33,458 nucleotides of DNA from Polyangiales bacterium. Lineage in GTDB: Bacteria > Myxococcota_A > Polyangia > Polyangiales > JAFGIB01. The position numbers and the translations under genes were made by a program. The stretch lies in assembly GCA_044450485.1 (NCBI GenBank), contig JBIOJD010000001.1, positions 1-33,458 on the forward strand, given 5' to 3'. Of this stretch, positions 32,074-33,458 are shown in pieces. A model generated the notes under the pieces. The model made no database searches and had not been told where the DNA came from. It saw nothing but the letters and a program-made list of their open reading frames with translations. The stretch's first letter is position 1; every line of letters begins with the position of its first letter.

Positions 32074-33458
32074 GTGTCCACGGGCTCGCAGCAAGCCTCG
32101 GCGGCGCCTTTGGGGGCCGGCGAGCCATCCGCCGAGGCGGCCGCGGCAGCCCGGCGCAGCGGTCCAGCCGTCGCCGGCCTGTTTCACCGTTCGCTCGCGC
32201 TGGTGGCGCTGTTCGCCTGGCTCTCGCTCGCCAGCCAAGTGAAGGTGTTGGTCGGCCGTCGCGGGCTCGAGCCGGCCAGCGAGCTGTTCGCACGCCTGCG
32301 CGCCTCGGGCGTCGGGTTCTGGGACGAGCCGTCCTTGTTCTGGCTCGGCCAGAGCGACGGCGTGCTGCTCGGCGGCACGTTGGCCGGGGCAGCGCTCACG
32401 CTGTTCGCGCTCGCCGGGGTGCGACCGAGGCTGTGCTTCGCACTTTCTGCGCCCCTGTACCTGAGCTACGCGACCGCGTGCAGCGAGTTCACCGCGTTCC
32501 AGTGGGACAACATGCTGGTCGAGGTGCTGGCGCTCGCGGCGTGCCTACCGGCGGATCGCGCGGCGCCGCTCGCCCATTTCGCGTTCCGCGCGCTGCTGTT
32601 CAAGCTGTATTTCGAGTCGGGCATCGCCAAGTGGCAGTCGCACCTGCACGACTGGCAAGACGGCAGCGCGATGAGCTACTACTACGAGACCGCGCCGCTT
32701 CCGGCCGCGCTCGCATGGTACGCGCACCATCTGCCTCTCGCTTGGCATCGGCTCGAGAGCTGGGGCGCGCTCGCGCTCGAGCTGCTGGTGCCGCTCCTGG
32801 TGTTCGGACCGAGGGCTGGACGCTTGCTGGCTTTCACTGCGTTCAGCGGATTTCAGGTCGTGAACACCGCGACCGCGAACTACGGCTTCTTCACCTATCT
32901 GTCGATGACCCTGCACCTGTTTCTGCTGAGCGACGGCGACATCGCGCGAGCGTCCCGCGCGTGCTCACGCCGGCTGCCGTGGCTCGGACGCTGGGCGGAG
33001 CCACCCGCGCGGTCGGCAGCTCCAGCGCTCCGACCACGCTCGAGCTTCGCGAGACGAGCGCTCGCGCTCGGCGCCCTCGGGACGTGGCTCTGCGCATCGG
33101 TCGCGGGCGCGCTGCTCTCGTTCGACCCGGCGCCTTCGGAACGCGGGCTCGGCGAGCTCTACGCGCTCGTTTCCCCGTTGCGCTTGGCCAACGTCTACCA
33201 CCTGTTCGGGCACATCACGCGCGAGCGTGTCGAGCCCCAATTCGAGACTCAATCGAACGGACGCTGGACCGAGCACGATCTGCGCTACAAGCCCGGCAAC
33301 GTGCGGCGCCGACCGCCGTACGTCGCACCGCATCAGCCGCGCGTCGACTTTCGCCTTTGGTTCTACGGGCTCTCGTTCGGTCGAGGCATGCCGAGGTACG
33401 TAGACCGACTGCTCGACCTCTTGTGCCGGGATCCCTCCGCGGTGCAACCGCTGTTCGC
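32074..33458 (+). CDS. Lipase maturation factor (LMF1) family membrane protein, 3-prime partial at the window edge
   Basis: It is absent from the ORF track because it has no stop in the window. The frame is open from 31957, and the first canonical start is the GTG at 32074. The translation contains FQWDNMLVEVLALA, LLFKLYFESGIAKW, SAMSYYYETAPLP, NYGFFTYLSM, LANVYHLFGHIT and APHQPRVDFRLWF, all hallmark LMF-family blocks. Confidence 0.75.
   Translation, partial: MSTGSQQASAAPLGAGEPSAEAAAAARRSGPAVAGLFHRSLALVALFAWLSLASQVKVLVGRRGLEPASELFARLRASGVGFWDEPSLFWLGQSDGVLLGGTLAGAALTLFALAGVRPRLCFALSAPLYLSYATACSEFTAFQWDNMLVEVLALAACLPADRAAPLAHFAFRALLFKLYFESGIAKWQSHLHDWQDGSAMSYYYETAPLPAALAWYAHHLPLAWHRLESWGALALELLVPLLVFGPRAGRLLAFTAFSGFQVVNTATANYGFFTYLSMTLHLFLLSDGDIARASRACSRRLPWLGRWAEPPARSAAPALRPRSSFARRALALGALGTWLCASVAGALLSFDPAPSERGLGELYALVSPLRLANVYHLFGHITRERVEPQFETQSNGRWTEHDLRYKPGNVRRRPPYVAPHQPRVDFRLWFYGLSFGRGMPRYVDRLLDLLCRDPSAVQPLF

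Overview
This is a very GC-rich, gene-dense bacterial chromosomal window with about 36 protein-coding genes. I saw no rRNA, tRNA or CRISPR array by eye. The gene content suggests a myxobacterium-like deltaproteobacterial genome (inference): PilZ proteins, an ECF sigma/anti-sigma pair, eukaryote-like FAM20-, LMF1- and Rsm22-type proteins, and a GldG-type ABC system. The left edge looks accessory, with a truncated IS5-family transposase, an orphan coding remnant and a VapBC toxin-antitoxin pair. The rest is mainly housekeeping: UvrD/PcrA helicase, an ECF sigma module, TrmH, PBP1A, MetK, NadB, a lytic transglycosylase, a GT-C glycosyltransferase, ApbC/Mrp, RarA, CcmC, an Rsm22-like methyltransferase, an ArsA-like ATPase, adenosine deaminase, a five-gene ABC/GldG/DUF4340 operon, and a partial LMF1-family gene at the right edge. 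I see no clear-cut known defence system beyond VapBC. Three signals stand out as unexplained. (1) Two roughly 76-78 bp hairpin-rich repeats lie in inverted orientation, carry compensatory stem changes, and bracket a glycosyltransferase plus small-membrane-protein cassette. (2) A lipoprotein carries all catalytic motifs of the eukaryotic FAM20/Four-jointed secretory kinase family and is co-directional with an orphan ccmC / ccmD-like / mini-ORF cluster. (3) A tightly overlapped ABC/GldG/DUF4340 operon has an unusual polytopic N-terminal extension on the GldG-like protein. All functional calls come from motif recognition by eye, not from database searches. The ORF track uses GTG/TTG as well as ATG starts, so several starts were re-picked and remain uncertain.
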